Assembly: GCA_009602725.1 (NCBI GenBank)
Contig: WELB01000029.1
Coordinates: forward strand, 50,326-114,325
Reading direction: 5' to 3'
Length of the DNA: 64,000 nt
DNA from: Spirogloea muscicola
Taxonomy: Eukaryota
A program made the position numbers and the translations under genes. The notes under the pieces were generated by a model. It made no database searches. It saw nothing but the letters and a program-made list of their open reading frames with translations, and was not told the DNA's origin. Shown here one piece after another: positions 50,284 through 62,919 of the stretch. Every line of letters begins with the position of its first letter. Positions within the stretch are counted from its first letter, which is position 1.

Positions 50284-53020
50284 TATCCTTTGCCCGGTGA
50301 AATTGCTCGCCCATCGAAGAAAGTGCTCGCCCCTCAAGAAGAGGGGCTTGCAAAGGAAATTGCTCGCTCATAGAAAAAGAAGGGGCTAGCAAATCCAGCC
50401 CGAAAGGAATGGACAGTATCCAACAGCCAAAAGGTGCCGAACAGATAAACTACACAACTAGACACGAGACGATCCAGATGGAAGCTCAGGCACACGTGGT
50501 CGGCCTGGCGGCCCTGGGGCAAGGAGCGTAAATACTGCGATCATGCCTCTGACTGCTGGGGCGGATGGCCGCCTCCACACCCGGCGCGCCGATCTCGTCG
50601 CTAGTGCGCTCGGCGGGGGGCCTCGGCTCATTGGCGACGTCGTCACAACTGACTCCTTCGATTCCAGGAGCGCTACACGCTCGGCGGAGGAGGCGGGCTG
50701 CGCAGTCCGCCAAGCGGCCGGCGCAAAGGATCGCAAATACTCGGATCCCCCGGTGGGCGACGAGTTTGTCCCACTCGCCGCCGACGTACACGGCGCCTTT
50801 GGCGACAAATGGCTTGACCTGCTTCACCGCCTCGTGCGGCGCGGCCTGCCGCCACGGGCAGCAGGGCGAGCAGCCTGGCTTCCATGTCGCAGGGTCCCTC
50901 GCCCAAGTCTTCCGGATGCGCCTGGCCGTCTCTTTGCAGCGGTCTCTAGCTTTCGCGGTCCACTTGCGCGCAGGCCGCGCTCGTCCTTTGTTCATTCTTT
51001 TCTGGGCTGGCTTTTTCCAGCCCCTATCCTCAATGGGCGAGCCCTTCTCTTCTCCGGCGGCGGCCTCCGGCTTCCGTCAGGGCGACGTCTTTCAGAGAAG
51101 TGCGCGCCCATAGAGAAGAGGGGCTGGCAAAGCCAGCCCAAAAAAGAATGGACAATGTGCAAAGCCAAAGAAAGAGGAGCCGGAGAAAGGACTACACTAC
51201 AAAACACTGCAGAACACAGAAACGATGCAGAGGAAAGCTCAGTACCCACGAGTGAGCAACATCAGGTCTGAGTAGCTCGCTGCAGGGAAAGAGCCACTCC
51301 GCCGAGACCCAGAGGCGGCGGCCATAGCACGGCCTGCGCGCGTGTGGACGGCATGGGCAAGGGAGCGTTGAAGCGATACGGCCAGGCGCATGCGGAAGAC
51401 TTGTGCGAGCGAACCGGCGGCGTTGAAGCCGGGCATCGCCCCTGGCAGACCCGGCCGCCGGTCAATGGCCTGGCGGGCAAGCCGCTGAATGAGATCCAGC
51501 CAGCGGCTGCCGAAAGCCCCGTGTACATCCATCGCCAGGGCCGCGAATTCATCCCCCACCGGGTGATCAGCATATTTTCGCTCCTTGCCCCGGGCCGCCT
51601 GGCCGACCGCGTGCCCTGCAAACGACGCCGATCTGGTGGGATTGGCGGAGTCGATGCAGTCAGTTGTCACCACATCAGCGATGATGCGGGGACCGCCGCC
51701 AGGCGGGATGGCGACCAGGTCGGCGCGTCGCGTATAGGGCTGGCCGTCCGCGCCCAGCTGGATGGGCATGATGGAGGAGTTCTCCACCGCGACCTTGAAG
51801 CCCGCCTCCGAAAACACCCCCTGCATACCGTCGCGCAGGAGGTCGTGGGAAGCGGTCCGCTCGCCCCCGTGTGCACGTCTTTCCGCCTGCTAGCTATTCG
51901 GATTTGCATCTCCTGACTAGAGCTTACTGAGAGTTCGCTTACTGCTGTCTCAGTTCTTGGCACTCCGGCTCCTTCAGACTTTGTCCATTCTTTTGGGCTG
52001 GCCTCTCCCAGAAGAAGTGGCTCTCCCAATGGGAGCAAGGGCTGTGAGAAGCCAGCCCGAAAAGAATTGACAAGGTTCGAAGGGGCCAAACTACGAGCTA
52101 AAGCCACCAGTAAATCTGGCCGCGCTTGCGTTCTGATCACCCGGGCAGCAGGGCGAGCAGCCTGGCTTCAATGTCGCCTGCTAGCTATTCAGAGTTGCAT
52201 CTACTGACGAAGGGTTGCTGAGAGTTCGCTTACTGCTGTCTCAGTCCTTAAGAAGCAAGCGCGGCCAGATTGACTGGTGGCTGGGAGAGGCCAGCCCAAA
52301 AGAATGGACAAGGTCTGAAGGAGTCGGAGTGTTAAGGACTGACCACGCTGCTGGCCACGCTGCGGCAAAGGCCGCCCGCAGCAAGGCGGCCAAACACGCC
52401 GACCACCCGGCTGCCGATGAGTTCGTCCCCCTGGCTGTGGACGTGCACGGGGCTCTCGAATCCCACTGGCTCGACCTGTTGGCCAGGCTTGCACGGCGCG
52501 CTGTCCCGCAGGCGTGGTGAGCCGGCTGACTTCAACGCCGCTGGCTCGTGGGCTCAGGTGTACCGCATGCGCTTGTCCGTCTCCCTCCAGCGGTCCATGG
52601 CCCACGCCTTGCATCTGCGTGCTTGCCGTGCTCTCGCTGCGGCCTCCGGCTTTCGTCAGGGGGATAGATTTCCGGCAGCTAGTCTGTCGGATGTGAGGCT
52701 CCTTACTCGTAACTACTGAGTGGTCCATTCTCCCCCCTTCTGCCATAGCCTCTTCAGGCCCCACAGTCGCTGCTTAGCTCGTACTTTGGCCCCTTCGAAC
52801 CTTGTCAATTCTTTTCGGGCTGGCTTCTCACAGCCCTTGCCCCCATTGTGAGAGCCACTTCTTCGACTGATACAGAGCACTCCGACTCCTTCAGACCTTG
52901 TCCATTCTTTTGGGCTGGCCTCTCCCAGCCACCAGTCAATCTGGCCGCGCTTGCTTTTAACGTCGCCGGGGTCCTCGCTCAGGTCTTCGGGATGCGCTCC
53001 GGTGGTCGGCGATGGTGGTG

Positions 53021-53028
53021 ATTGGCCA
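53021..53028. promoter_or_regulatory. Conserved reverse CCAAT box upstream of both protease paralogues (also at 35590)
   Basis: gattggcc followed by a GC-rich ccgggcggga motif, conserved in both copies. Function is inferred. Confidence 0.35.
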
Positions 53029-53372
53029 GCACAAAACAAGGGCAAGGATGCGCCGGGCGGGAAGGCGCCTGCCTGGCTTTTTCCAGCCCCTATCCTCCAT
53101 GGGCAAGCCCTTTCCTTTGTTCATTCTTTTCTGGGCTGGCTTTTTCCAGCCCCTATCCTCAATGGGCGAGCCCTTCCCCCTTTCTTCTGCCTGGGCTCGT
53201 GCCGCACGCGCCCCCCCCCCCCTTCCCCTTCCCCGCCTTGTCTGCAGTGCTCGCTTGTTCACAGGAGCCCGGGGCGCCGACCCTCGCTGCGCGCCTCGCT
53301 GCGCCGCGGCCCGGCCAGGCCCGCCGCTTACAGCCACAGGCCCCGGCCTTCCTCCGTCTGCCGGAGCGTCCG

Positions 53373-56300
53373 ATGACCCCTTCACAGCCCCTGCAGGCAG
53401 TGGCTGCTGCCCGCGTACCCCTGCGCCTCGCCTTCGCCGTGCTCCTTCTCCATGGGGCTCTGGCAGCAGGTTGCAAACCGTCCCTTCCGGCGAGCATTGC
53501 AGTGCAGCGGTACTTCTCTCTGCCGGTCCGCCGTCGGCCTACGTCCCTGTGGCTCTCTGGCTTGATGGTATTTTGTCTGGGCTTGGGACGGCAATCGGCA
53601 ATGTGATTGTACCACTAGCTCGTTCCACATGCTCGCCTCTTGAGCTGGCACGGTGTGCTTTCTCATTCCAGGCCCTGCAGACGCCGGGCCGAACGCAGAG
53701 GCAAAGCCGTCCACGTTGAGGTAAGGAGGTGTCCTCAGCTTCTTGCCTGCCTGCTTTTGCACAGCACGCTGCCAGCCCTGGTGCTGATCGTTGCACTTGG
53801 CATCAGACTGGCCCCAGACTCTGCAACACTGGAGCTGGACGATGGATCTGTAGAGCAGGGCCGATGTTCCAGATCCTCATCACGACAGGACGAAAAATTA
53901 CCCGTGACATGTATGTTGCAGGTTGACACTGACTCACATTGACGCACCTCATTCGCCTGTTCGGAGAGAGTGGCCCAGCAAAGAACACGCATTCAAATAT
54001 CAGCACCACAGCGACAAGGTCAGTGTTCATGACTAGCATGTAACTACAATGCTGTCTATTAACATCAGTGTACATGTGATTTGACATCCTTGTCTGCTTG
54101 CAGCCCATGCTAATGGTCATCAGGCCTTGCAATGAGTGACCTCCTGTGATGATTACATGTACTGTAGTATCAGCTGCTCGCTCTGTGAGAGCATTTGAGT
54201 TGGCTGCTATGCAGGTGACCATAATGATTGTCGTACACTTTGGTGCAATGCATATTGCATCACGACTGGATGCTATGACTGGACCCTTCGCTTACTGAGC
54301 TACTGCAAATTCTGCAGGCAAGGTCTGAGAGATTGTACCACCGGATCACTGGCAAAGAGCCAAAAAGACATCCAGGAAAGAGTACGCATACATTGAAGAG
54401 GCCAAAGCTTGTGCCAGGGGCGCACAGCACGGCATCCACAGCATCATCCCATGAGGCAGCGGCTGCGCTGGCAACTCAACTTAGCTATCAAGCTTATAAT
54501 ACAACAGTCCACTCAGGATACAGTGTTGGATTTGGGAGTTACTTTGCAGACTTCGGCCTTGGCAACCCAGCCCAACCACAGATCCTTATTGCAGACACTG
54601 GCAGCGACTTACTGTGGACTCAGGTCTAATCAGCACATGTGACATTGCAGCAGGCTTCAGTACTCATTCATAGAGCATTGCTTGCCACACAGTTGCAACA
54701 TGCAACTTGAGGAAAGATACAGTGGACCTGACAATGCTTGCACATATTGCCCTGAAGTAACCCAGTGCAATTGGTGGTGTGCACGTGCTTACTTGCTTTG
54801 CACTCTCCTGCTGCTGCAGTGCTTGCCTTGCTCCAGCTGCTACTTTCAAAGTGGACCCATCTTCGATCCCACTCACTCGTCAACCTTCTCTGTCATCAAC
54901 TGCAACACTCTCGCTTGCCTATATGCTGAGGACCAGGCTGGGTATGACAATTGCTACCTCTCAGGAGGCACAGCCGACTGCGAGTACTCCTACGGGTACA
55001 CCTCTGTGAACTTGGAGACACAATGTCTTGTACATTATTGCGGTGTTCTCGGCGTGCCTCGTTCAGCCTTGTTGTGTGATACTGGATGTCTCCCAGTCTG
55101 AGATATATTATGCATTCGCAGGGGAGCTTTTACCAGCGCCTGTGCTTACTCATGCATCTCAAGAGCATGCAGGTATGGAGATGGATCCCAAACCTCAGGG
55201 CAATTGGCTACTGAGACGGTGTGGCTAACCACCACGACTGGCAGTAGTGTAGGCCTTTCGGGAGTGGCCTTTGGGTGCGGTCACGACAATGGTGGTACCT
55301 TTGGCTATGCCGGGGGCCTCATTGGCCTTGGACGGGGCCCACTTTCCTTTGTCCAACAGGTGCTTCTTTGGATGTCCATCGTGAAGCATTACTTACTGGG
55401 AACAGAGCATGTTAGATTACATGGCCCTTGCTATATTACACGTGTAGACTAGATATACAAAAGTGAATGCATACCACTTGCTATACTTAAATCTCTGGAT
55501 CTCTTATCCAAGCCACAGATGCATTGCCTACTTGTCTACAATGTTGAGATTGGGCTTGGGCTTGCTTTCTTTACGTGATCGCTGATCTTGTATAAGGACG
55601 TTCATTCTGCACAGCTGCACCGGTCTTTATTATGTGAATCTACTTATAATTGCAGCTGCAGACATATGACCACGTATTTACCCTGTGCCTGCAAAGCTAT
55701 GATGCGCCTTACCTGCCTCCGAGCGAGCTGGAATTTGGGTCGGCTGGAGTACCCAGTACGGGCGTGACTTACACTCCGATCCTCGACAACCCCATCCAGG
55801 ATGCAAATCTTGGATACACAATCTTCTACTATGTGCAGGTTAACAGTATACTGTTTGGAACAACCTCACTCAGCATCCCTGCGTCTGCTTTTGCCATCGA
55901 TGGGAGTGGTGGAGGAGGGACATTCTTCGACTCTGGAACAACCTTGACAATGTAAGCAGTGCAACTGCTTGCAATCTGTTGCCATATTGGAGCAACATGC
56001 ACATTCTACATCTAGGACTTGCTGGCAAGTCATGAGCTCTGGCATTGCTGCTTGCGGGCTTTGCTAATATACGCTGTGTCTCAGGCTGGTAATTGCTGCA
56101 TACCAACCTGTCATTGACTATCTTAATGCCACCGTGCCTCTGCCCAAGTAAGTGTAGAGATATGTGTATTGCAGTCTCATACACTTCATGGATCATGTGC
56201 AATCGAATTCGGTCGTGATAAGTTCGTTCTTCTACTTGAAGAGCTTGCTGCTGCCGCATGATGCTGCCGCCGCATACTTTGTGCAGTTCTCAGCTACTGC

Positions 56301-57648
56301 AGGGAGCACAGTCATATTCAGTGAATACTCATTTGCCTGAGATTGCATGTATTGCAGAGCAAATATTAGTGGTTTTGGGCTTTGTTGGAACGTTACTGGA
56401 AGATTGGCAGATCCAGACGATCTCAATAATCTGGGCTTCTTCCCTATCATGACCTTCCGCATGTCAGGGCCATCTGACTATAGGCTTCCCCCTGCAAATT
56501 ACATTGCTTTTGTGTCCGATACTGTAGTCTGTGTGGTTCTTGAAATATCAACAATCAACATCATTGGCAATTTCGCACAGCAAAATTTCCTGATGGTGCA
56601 CGACCTGAACCACACCATGGTAATTGCTCAAATCCTGATATGGCAAGCTGTTCATAGCAAGCAAGGCTGCATTTAGCATTATAAGTAGCTCCTTTGTGCC
56701 TCATACTGATCGCTTGCAAACCTGCATAACAGCATCACTGAAAGGCCTAGCTAACTTCTTCACCAATTTGTAGTTGCTGGCAATTGGCCAGCAGATCTGA
56801 CACACAAGGTTCTGAATCAATTGAGAAGAAGGCCCAAGCAGGCCTTACTTTACACAATATGACCTGCCTTTCTGTGAATTGCAGATGGGCTGGAAGCCCT
56901 TGAACTGCAGTTCAAAACGCCCACTACCGCCTCCTCCTTCACATCCGCCACCTCCTAAGGCTTCTCCTCCGCCTCCTCGCCCTCCCCCGCCCAAGGCGTC
57001 TCCTCCACCTTCTCCTAGTCCGCCTCCTCGACCACCCCCGCCCAAGGCTCCCCCCCCTCCCCCTCCACCAAAGGCGTCTCCTCCACCCCCTATTAGTCCA
57101 CCTCCTCGACCGCCCCCGCCCAAGNNNNNNNNNNNNNNNNNNNNNNNNNNNNNNNNNNNNNNNNNNNNNNNNNNNNNNNNNNNNNNNNNNNNNNNNNNNN
57201 NNNNNNNNNNNNNNNNNNNNNNNNNNNNNNNNNNNNNNNNNNNNNNNNNNNNNNNNNNNNNNNNNNNNNNNNNNNNNNNNNNNNNNNNNNNNNNNNNNNN
57301 NNNNNNNNNNNNNNNNNNNNNNNNNNCCCCCCACCCTCTCCTCATCCTTCTCCTCAATCGTCAGTACCTCCTCCGCCTTTTCATCCACCTCCGCCAAAGG
57401 CGTTCCCTCCACCACCTCCTAGGCCTCCTCCTCAATCACCGCCGCCCAAGGCTTCTCCCCCACCTCCTCCGCACCCTCCTGCCTCATCCCCTCCGCCTCC
57501 ACCAAAGGCTCCTCCATCCTCTCCCAGTCCTCCACCTCATTCACCACCCCCTCCTACTACGCTCCATCCACCTCCACCGAAGCTATCTCCTCCCAGCCCT
57601 CCACCTCATCCACCACCACCCAAGGCTTCCCCTCCACCTCCTGCATAA
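53373..57648 (+). CDS. Secreted nepenthesin/CND41-type A1 aspartic protease with C-terminal extensin-like domain, 10 exons
   Basis: Exons 53373-53469 (signal-like RLAFAVLLLHGALAA), 53672-53720, 53922-54018 (LTHIDAPHSP prosegment), 54318-54623 (LIADTGSDLLWTQ), ~54820-54994 (CLPCSSCY...IFDP), ~55173-55359 (FGCGHDNGG...GLIGLGRGPLSF), 55656-55951 (DSGTTLT), 56085-56146, 56358-56619 (IIGNFAQQN) and 56885-57648 (GWKPLNC plus SP repeats, spanning a gap). Confidence 0.88.
57125..57326. other. Assembly gap inside the extensin repeat
   Basis: Run of N. Confidence 1.
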
Positions 57649-59549
57649 TCTCCTACACTTATGCCACCTCCTCATGCGGAGGAGGTCACAGAGGATGCTG
57701 TGTGCACCAAAATAGGAGGAATGCGGCTTGATTGTAGTCCACCTTTCCACAGGTGAATGTGGAGTGTCTGTCCGTACTTTAGTCAGAGAAAGATGTGAGA
57801 AAGAGAGAAAGATCTGAGATGTAAGATGTAATGGTCGAAATCTACGACCCAAGACAGGTGGTACTAAGGAGTACCAGATGTTGCTGGAGTTGGGCCATTC
57901 AGCAGCTGATTATCTTAGCCTAATGCAAAATACTAGACACTAGTACAGGGCAAGGTGGGGACATATCTAAATGGAGAAGGAGGACATTTTAAACTTATTT
58001 TCACGTCTCTAGTGGTTCAAAGTTGCAATGTGGTGAAGTGTGGGTGTTGCTCACTCCTACAGTCGCTGGTTCAATCCAGCATGACAGCTGAGCTCTTTCA
58101 CCGTGACAAGCCATAGCTGCGCTGGTGAGCACGTGCCCATTCGCTTCGAGTCAGATGCTGTAACACTTACATCATGGCTGTAGTTGCTCTAGTGGTCACG
58201 ATAGTTGGAAAGATGCATTTGTTCATTGTTTATCTTAGCTTGACATCCTACACATGAGCAGAGAACTCAAGCTCGCTGATCTGGTTGGAAAGATAAGTGC
58301 CTTCACATAGTGTCCTACTTAAGTAGATGGCGCTTGACTAGCAGCAGATGCACGATGCTTGGCTTCAAGGCAGAATGATTGCCCTCTTCGTTGGCTTGCA
58401 AACAGAATGTGAGAGATTTGTGGCGGTGAAAGAGAAACGGCCCATTTATCAAGATGTTGTGGAGAACTTGGTGCACCTTCAGGAGCTCAATGGAGCAAGG
58501 AGGCCAAGAATAGCTGGTTATGGCAGGGTCGTAATGACAATTGACACGCTTGGTAAAACCAAGGAATTACGATGTGGAAGCCAGACTGCAGCAGTGAGAG
58601 GACCAGCGTACCAAGTGAGAGGAGCACAAAACAGCCTCTCTTCAAGCGGATTGGTATGGCTAGAAAAACACTCGTCTAAGCAAAAAGTAGCCTCTCTAGA
58701 TTGGATCGGATTGACTAAAAGGACACCCGTCCGCATTGGAGCCTGGCACAGCAGCTAACACATTGATTGGCATGACACACAAGGTAATGGTCTGCGATCA
58801 CTGCAGGTTCAACGAGTTACAACCCGCGTTTGCAGAGGTGAGCGGGCAGACTGAAGCCTCATCAATCACCACCGCAAGTAATTGCCTCCAGCAATCGGCC
58901 CTTTCACATGGCAACTTCAAGTGCTACCCAAAGGGTCCACGCAAATGACTGCATGCAAAATGAAGTTGTTGACGTCCTCAACGGGCTCGACTGAGTGTCT
59001 GGCCACCTTGGCTGCTGCGACTTACTCGACGACGCAGCAGGTGCGCTTTGTGAGGGCACTGAATTCATCTAAGAAATGTCAGTGCTTATTTTAGCAGCAC
59101 GCGCTGCATCTGCAAGTTCGGCAAGCAAGGAGCCTTACAAGATCAACGAGGCACGTCCAATGTCCATTATGGGCACCTGGGTGGGATACTTAAAACCGAT
59201 CCCCTTACCCCATCTGCAACCTCTTTATAATACCCAGCATTGAGGCCACACTTTGTACTAGCGATTGGCCTTGACCCACGGGCAGCGGAGCATGTGCACA
59301 GTCGGCGCGCTCCTTCAACGACACCTTTGGTATGGTTTACAGCGCAAAATGTGTAACGAATGCTGCAGGTTGCCAAGCCTGCACTGCCGGCGGAGCGGGA
59401 AAGAGGGGAAGGCATTGAGATTGGGCTGCAACGGCAAATAAGCAAAGGATATTTTAATAGGCAAGCCCAGGGACCCAGGGGGTGCGTGAGCAGCTCACCC
59501 CACTTCCCATACCGAATGTGCCCCATTACCAAGCTCCTCTCCGTCGTAA

Positions 59550-62200
59550 GGCTCGGATTGGCTTCCTTTCACTTTCACTTCAAGCGCACCACGAGCCTTT
59601 CCTCCTGGTCCCCTTCGGACCTGTCAACTCTTTTCGGGCTGGCTGTTCACAGCCCTTTCCCCCCTTTAGGAGAGCCACCTCTCTCCTAGTGAGCGCCGCA
59701 CGAGAGTACGGCTCCAGGAGAAGGACGCTTCCAGGAGAGGGCGGTGGCTGTTAGAAGGAAGAAGTGGCTATGTCAATGGGGGCAAGGGCTGTGATAAGCC
59801 AGCCCAAGAATTGACAAGGTTCGAAGGGGCCAAAGTACGAAGGGGCCAAAAGTGCTATCGTAAAGTTGGGGTAGGATGAACCACTCAATAACTGCGAGTG
59901 AGGAACCGCAAATCAAAAAGATTAGCTGCCGGAAGATAATTCCCCTGACGACAGCCAGAGGCTGCAGCGAGAGCAAAGCCAGCACGCAGGTGCAAGGCGT
60001 GGGCCATAGACCGCTGAAGGGAGATGGACAGGCGCATGCGGTAGACCTGGGCCGAGCCAGTGGCGTTGTGGTCAGCCTGCTCACCTCGCCTGCTGTGGAA
60101 AGCCAGCCCAGACAAAAGAATGAACAGAATTTGAAGGGGCCAGGGAAAGCGCTAAAGCACACAAGAAACCGAGGAACTACGAAACTTAGTGACCCTGTTG
60201 AGCAGCCGCAGGTTGGAGAAACCGGTCTCCTGGTAGCGGGTTCCCTCGTGCGCGGAGCAGCACCCGTCAACGCCGACGGTCCCGAAAAGTCGTCCAGTAG
60301 GGCTCAAGCGTGGGGCATCTTGCCGCCCAGCCAGCAGCGGGAGTGTGCACTCCACGCAGGGCCGACGTGGCTTCCGTGCGCTCCACGCTCCTAAAGCTCG
60401 GTCGGCGGCAGCGAGATTTGGACGGCACCTCTGATCGAGCCTCTCCGCAGTGCGGTGCCCGCCACGATGACCCTGCGGCGCTGGCTGCCCACATGCTCCG
60501 CTGCGCGCACGGGGGCGAGCGGACCGGTTCACACGACCTTCTGCGAGACGCTATGCAGGGTATGTTCCTGGAGTCCGGCTACCAGGTGGCATTGGAAAAT
60601 ATGACAATTATGCCCGTCGAGCGGGGCGCCGACGGACAGCTTCACACCCGCCGCGCTGACCTGGTTGCCATCCCGCCCGGAGGAGGTCCGCGTATCATCG
60701 CAAATGTGGTGACTGCAGATTGCGTCGACTCCGCCAACCCCGCAAAGTCGGCGACGCTCGCCGGGCACGCGGTCGCTTTGGCGGCTCGGAGTAAGGAGCG
60801 CAAGTACGCTGACCACTCTCCAGGCGATGCCTTCGCGGCCTTGGCCATTGACGTTCACGGGGCCTTCGGCAGTGGCTGGCTGGATCTCCTCCAGCGGCTT
60901 GCCGGGCGGGCCATCGAGCGGCGGCCGGGTTCGCCAGGCTTCAATGCCGGCTCCCTCGCTCAGGTCTTTTGAATGAGACTGGCGGTCTCGCTCCAGCGCT
61001 CTCAGGCTCATGCGGTTCACACGCGCGCTGGCCGCGCCATGGCTGCTGCCTCAGGGTCTCGGCAGAGTGCCGCTTTTCCTGCTTCGAGTTCTTCTGATTT
61101 GCTGTTGCTCACTCGTGGTTACCGAGCATCCATCTGCATCATTCGTGTCTTGGTGTGTAGTTTGTCTTTCCTGGCACTGTTTCGTGGCCTTTTGAGGCCT
61201 GCGGACAATGCCCATTCTTTTCTGGGCTGGCTTTGCTAGCGCCTCTTTTCTATGGGCGAGCCCTTTCCATTCCTCTCCGCTCTGCCCGGCCACCTCCGTG
61301 CTTGCATGACGGCATGGCTATCTCGCCATCAAGAGAAGCGACTGTATCATCGACTTGGTCTTGGTCGGTGCGGAGCGGTGTGTCCGTACACACCTCTGTG
61401 GGTGTGCTGCCGTGGTCATTTGAATGTTATTTGCATGTATTTGAAACAAACGAAGGCCAAAATGGCCAAGTACAAAGGCAAGCACATCTAATGACGTACA
61501 TCACCCACTGCAAATTGACCCGCTCAGTAACCACGGGTCAATACATAAAGGTCGCTAGTCGACCATTTGGCCCCTTATCACTTCATACACGCTGTTGCCA
61601 GCATAGACATGCAGTAGCTACGTCAATAAAAGGGCCTCCCTACAGTTTTAGCCCTTTCCGGCCACACGCGGGACGATGAGTTCTTCCCGCTCGCCATCGA
61701 CACACACGGGGCGTTGGGCGCTCGGTGGCTCGAGCTGCTCGACCAGCTCTCACGACACGCATCGCCCGCCGCTTCCATGGGGAGCCGATGGACTTTTATG
61801 CAGCCGGGTCGCTAGCGCAGGTGTACCGCATGCCCTTGGCCGTCTCGCTGCAGAGGTCCATGGCCCGCGCGCTGCACCTGCGTCCCCGGACGAGCCCTCA
61901 CTGCTGCCTCTGGCCCTGGCCAGGGGACCTGCTTCCAGGAGCCAAGTTTCTCTGACTTGAGGCTGCTTAGCAGGGGTTACTGAGAGTTTCGTAGCTGCTT
62001 AGTGTCCTTTTGTTCTTGTTTCCTTAATGCTTCCCCTGGCCCCTTCTCGCACTTTGTTCATTCTTTTTGGGCTGGCCTTTTCCAGCCTCTATCTTCTATG
62101 GACGAGCCCTTCTCCTCTTTCCGGCCCCTTCAGACCTTGTCCATCTTTTCGGGCTGGCATTGAACAGCCCTCGCCGCTTTTGGATGAGCTTACTTCCTAC
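59550..62200. mobile_element. Mosaic of CRE-like LINE fragments
   Basis: FLTRSY* at 59885 (-). RLE fragment 60440-61270 (+) with HMLRC, RTGSHDLLRD, RRADL, KERKY and LLLLTRGY. Others at 61430-61560 (-) and 61650-62130 (+). Confidence 0.85.
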
Positions 62201-62919
62201 AGTGCCGTGCTGCAGCAAATCGATGCGCGACACCTTTGTCGGGGTGGCAATATCTACCAGTGGTCTGCAAGCTTTGAGATGTGTGTCAGGAAGCGGCTCT
62301 CACTGAGCCTGCAGCCGTGACAGATTTTGCCCTTCACATGCGTGCTAAGTGGCCCTACGCAAAATTACCTACGTCCGAGGTGGTGCTCCGGCTCCCCCAA
62401 CATCTTGTCCGACTTGCAAGTGCTCATCAGTGGATACTATACCACTTCCAAGCGTGCTTCAGACTGTTATTTCTTAGTCCCCTTCTCACGCCTTTATGCA
62501 TGATGAATGTGTCGGCTCGGCTTGCCCTCCCGTTCAGTAAATTTGCACCCCCCACCTTACATGGATAATCTTCAGCACATGCTGTAGAGCTAGCCGCTCG
62601 CAGTCCATTGTTCTTTGAAAGTACTTTTCTCATCATTAGCGCAGCTAGGCTCATGCCAGGAGGTATAGACGCCAAGCCCAAGTGCAAGAACGCGCGGCCA
62701 AGGACGGCGTGCGACCACTGGTGTGCGACTATGTTAAGAAAGACATGAGCTGAGTTGCTCATGAAGTCCACACATCTTGGCCAACGTCGTCATCAAGGCC
62801 GACGCTTTTGACAGCTTCATTTGATGCCCTCAGCCAGTAAGGTGGGGTGCGCGGTCGCCAAAGTCGCCGGCAAAGACAAAGTCAATCACGCAAATCAAAT
62901 GGTAGGGTGATGAATGATT

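Larger units (their letters stand above)
50085..53186. mobile_element. Mosaic of CRE-like LINE RLE-coding fragments and 3' ends upstream of protease copy 2
   Basis: RLE fragments at 50529-51093 (+), 51100-51875 (-; 195-aa ORF ending LMLLTRGY*) and 52340-52864 (+; LLTRNY*), plus many 60-130 bp termini. Confidence 0.85.
53018..59507 (+). repeat. Segmental duplication, copy 2 (paralogous to 35587-43036)
   Basis: See copy 1. Copy 2 has extra sequence at ~57940-58260. Confidence 0.9.
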
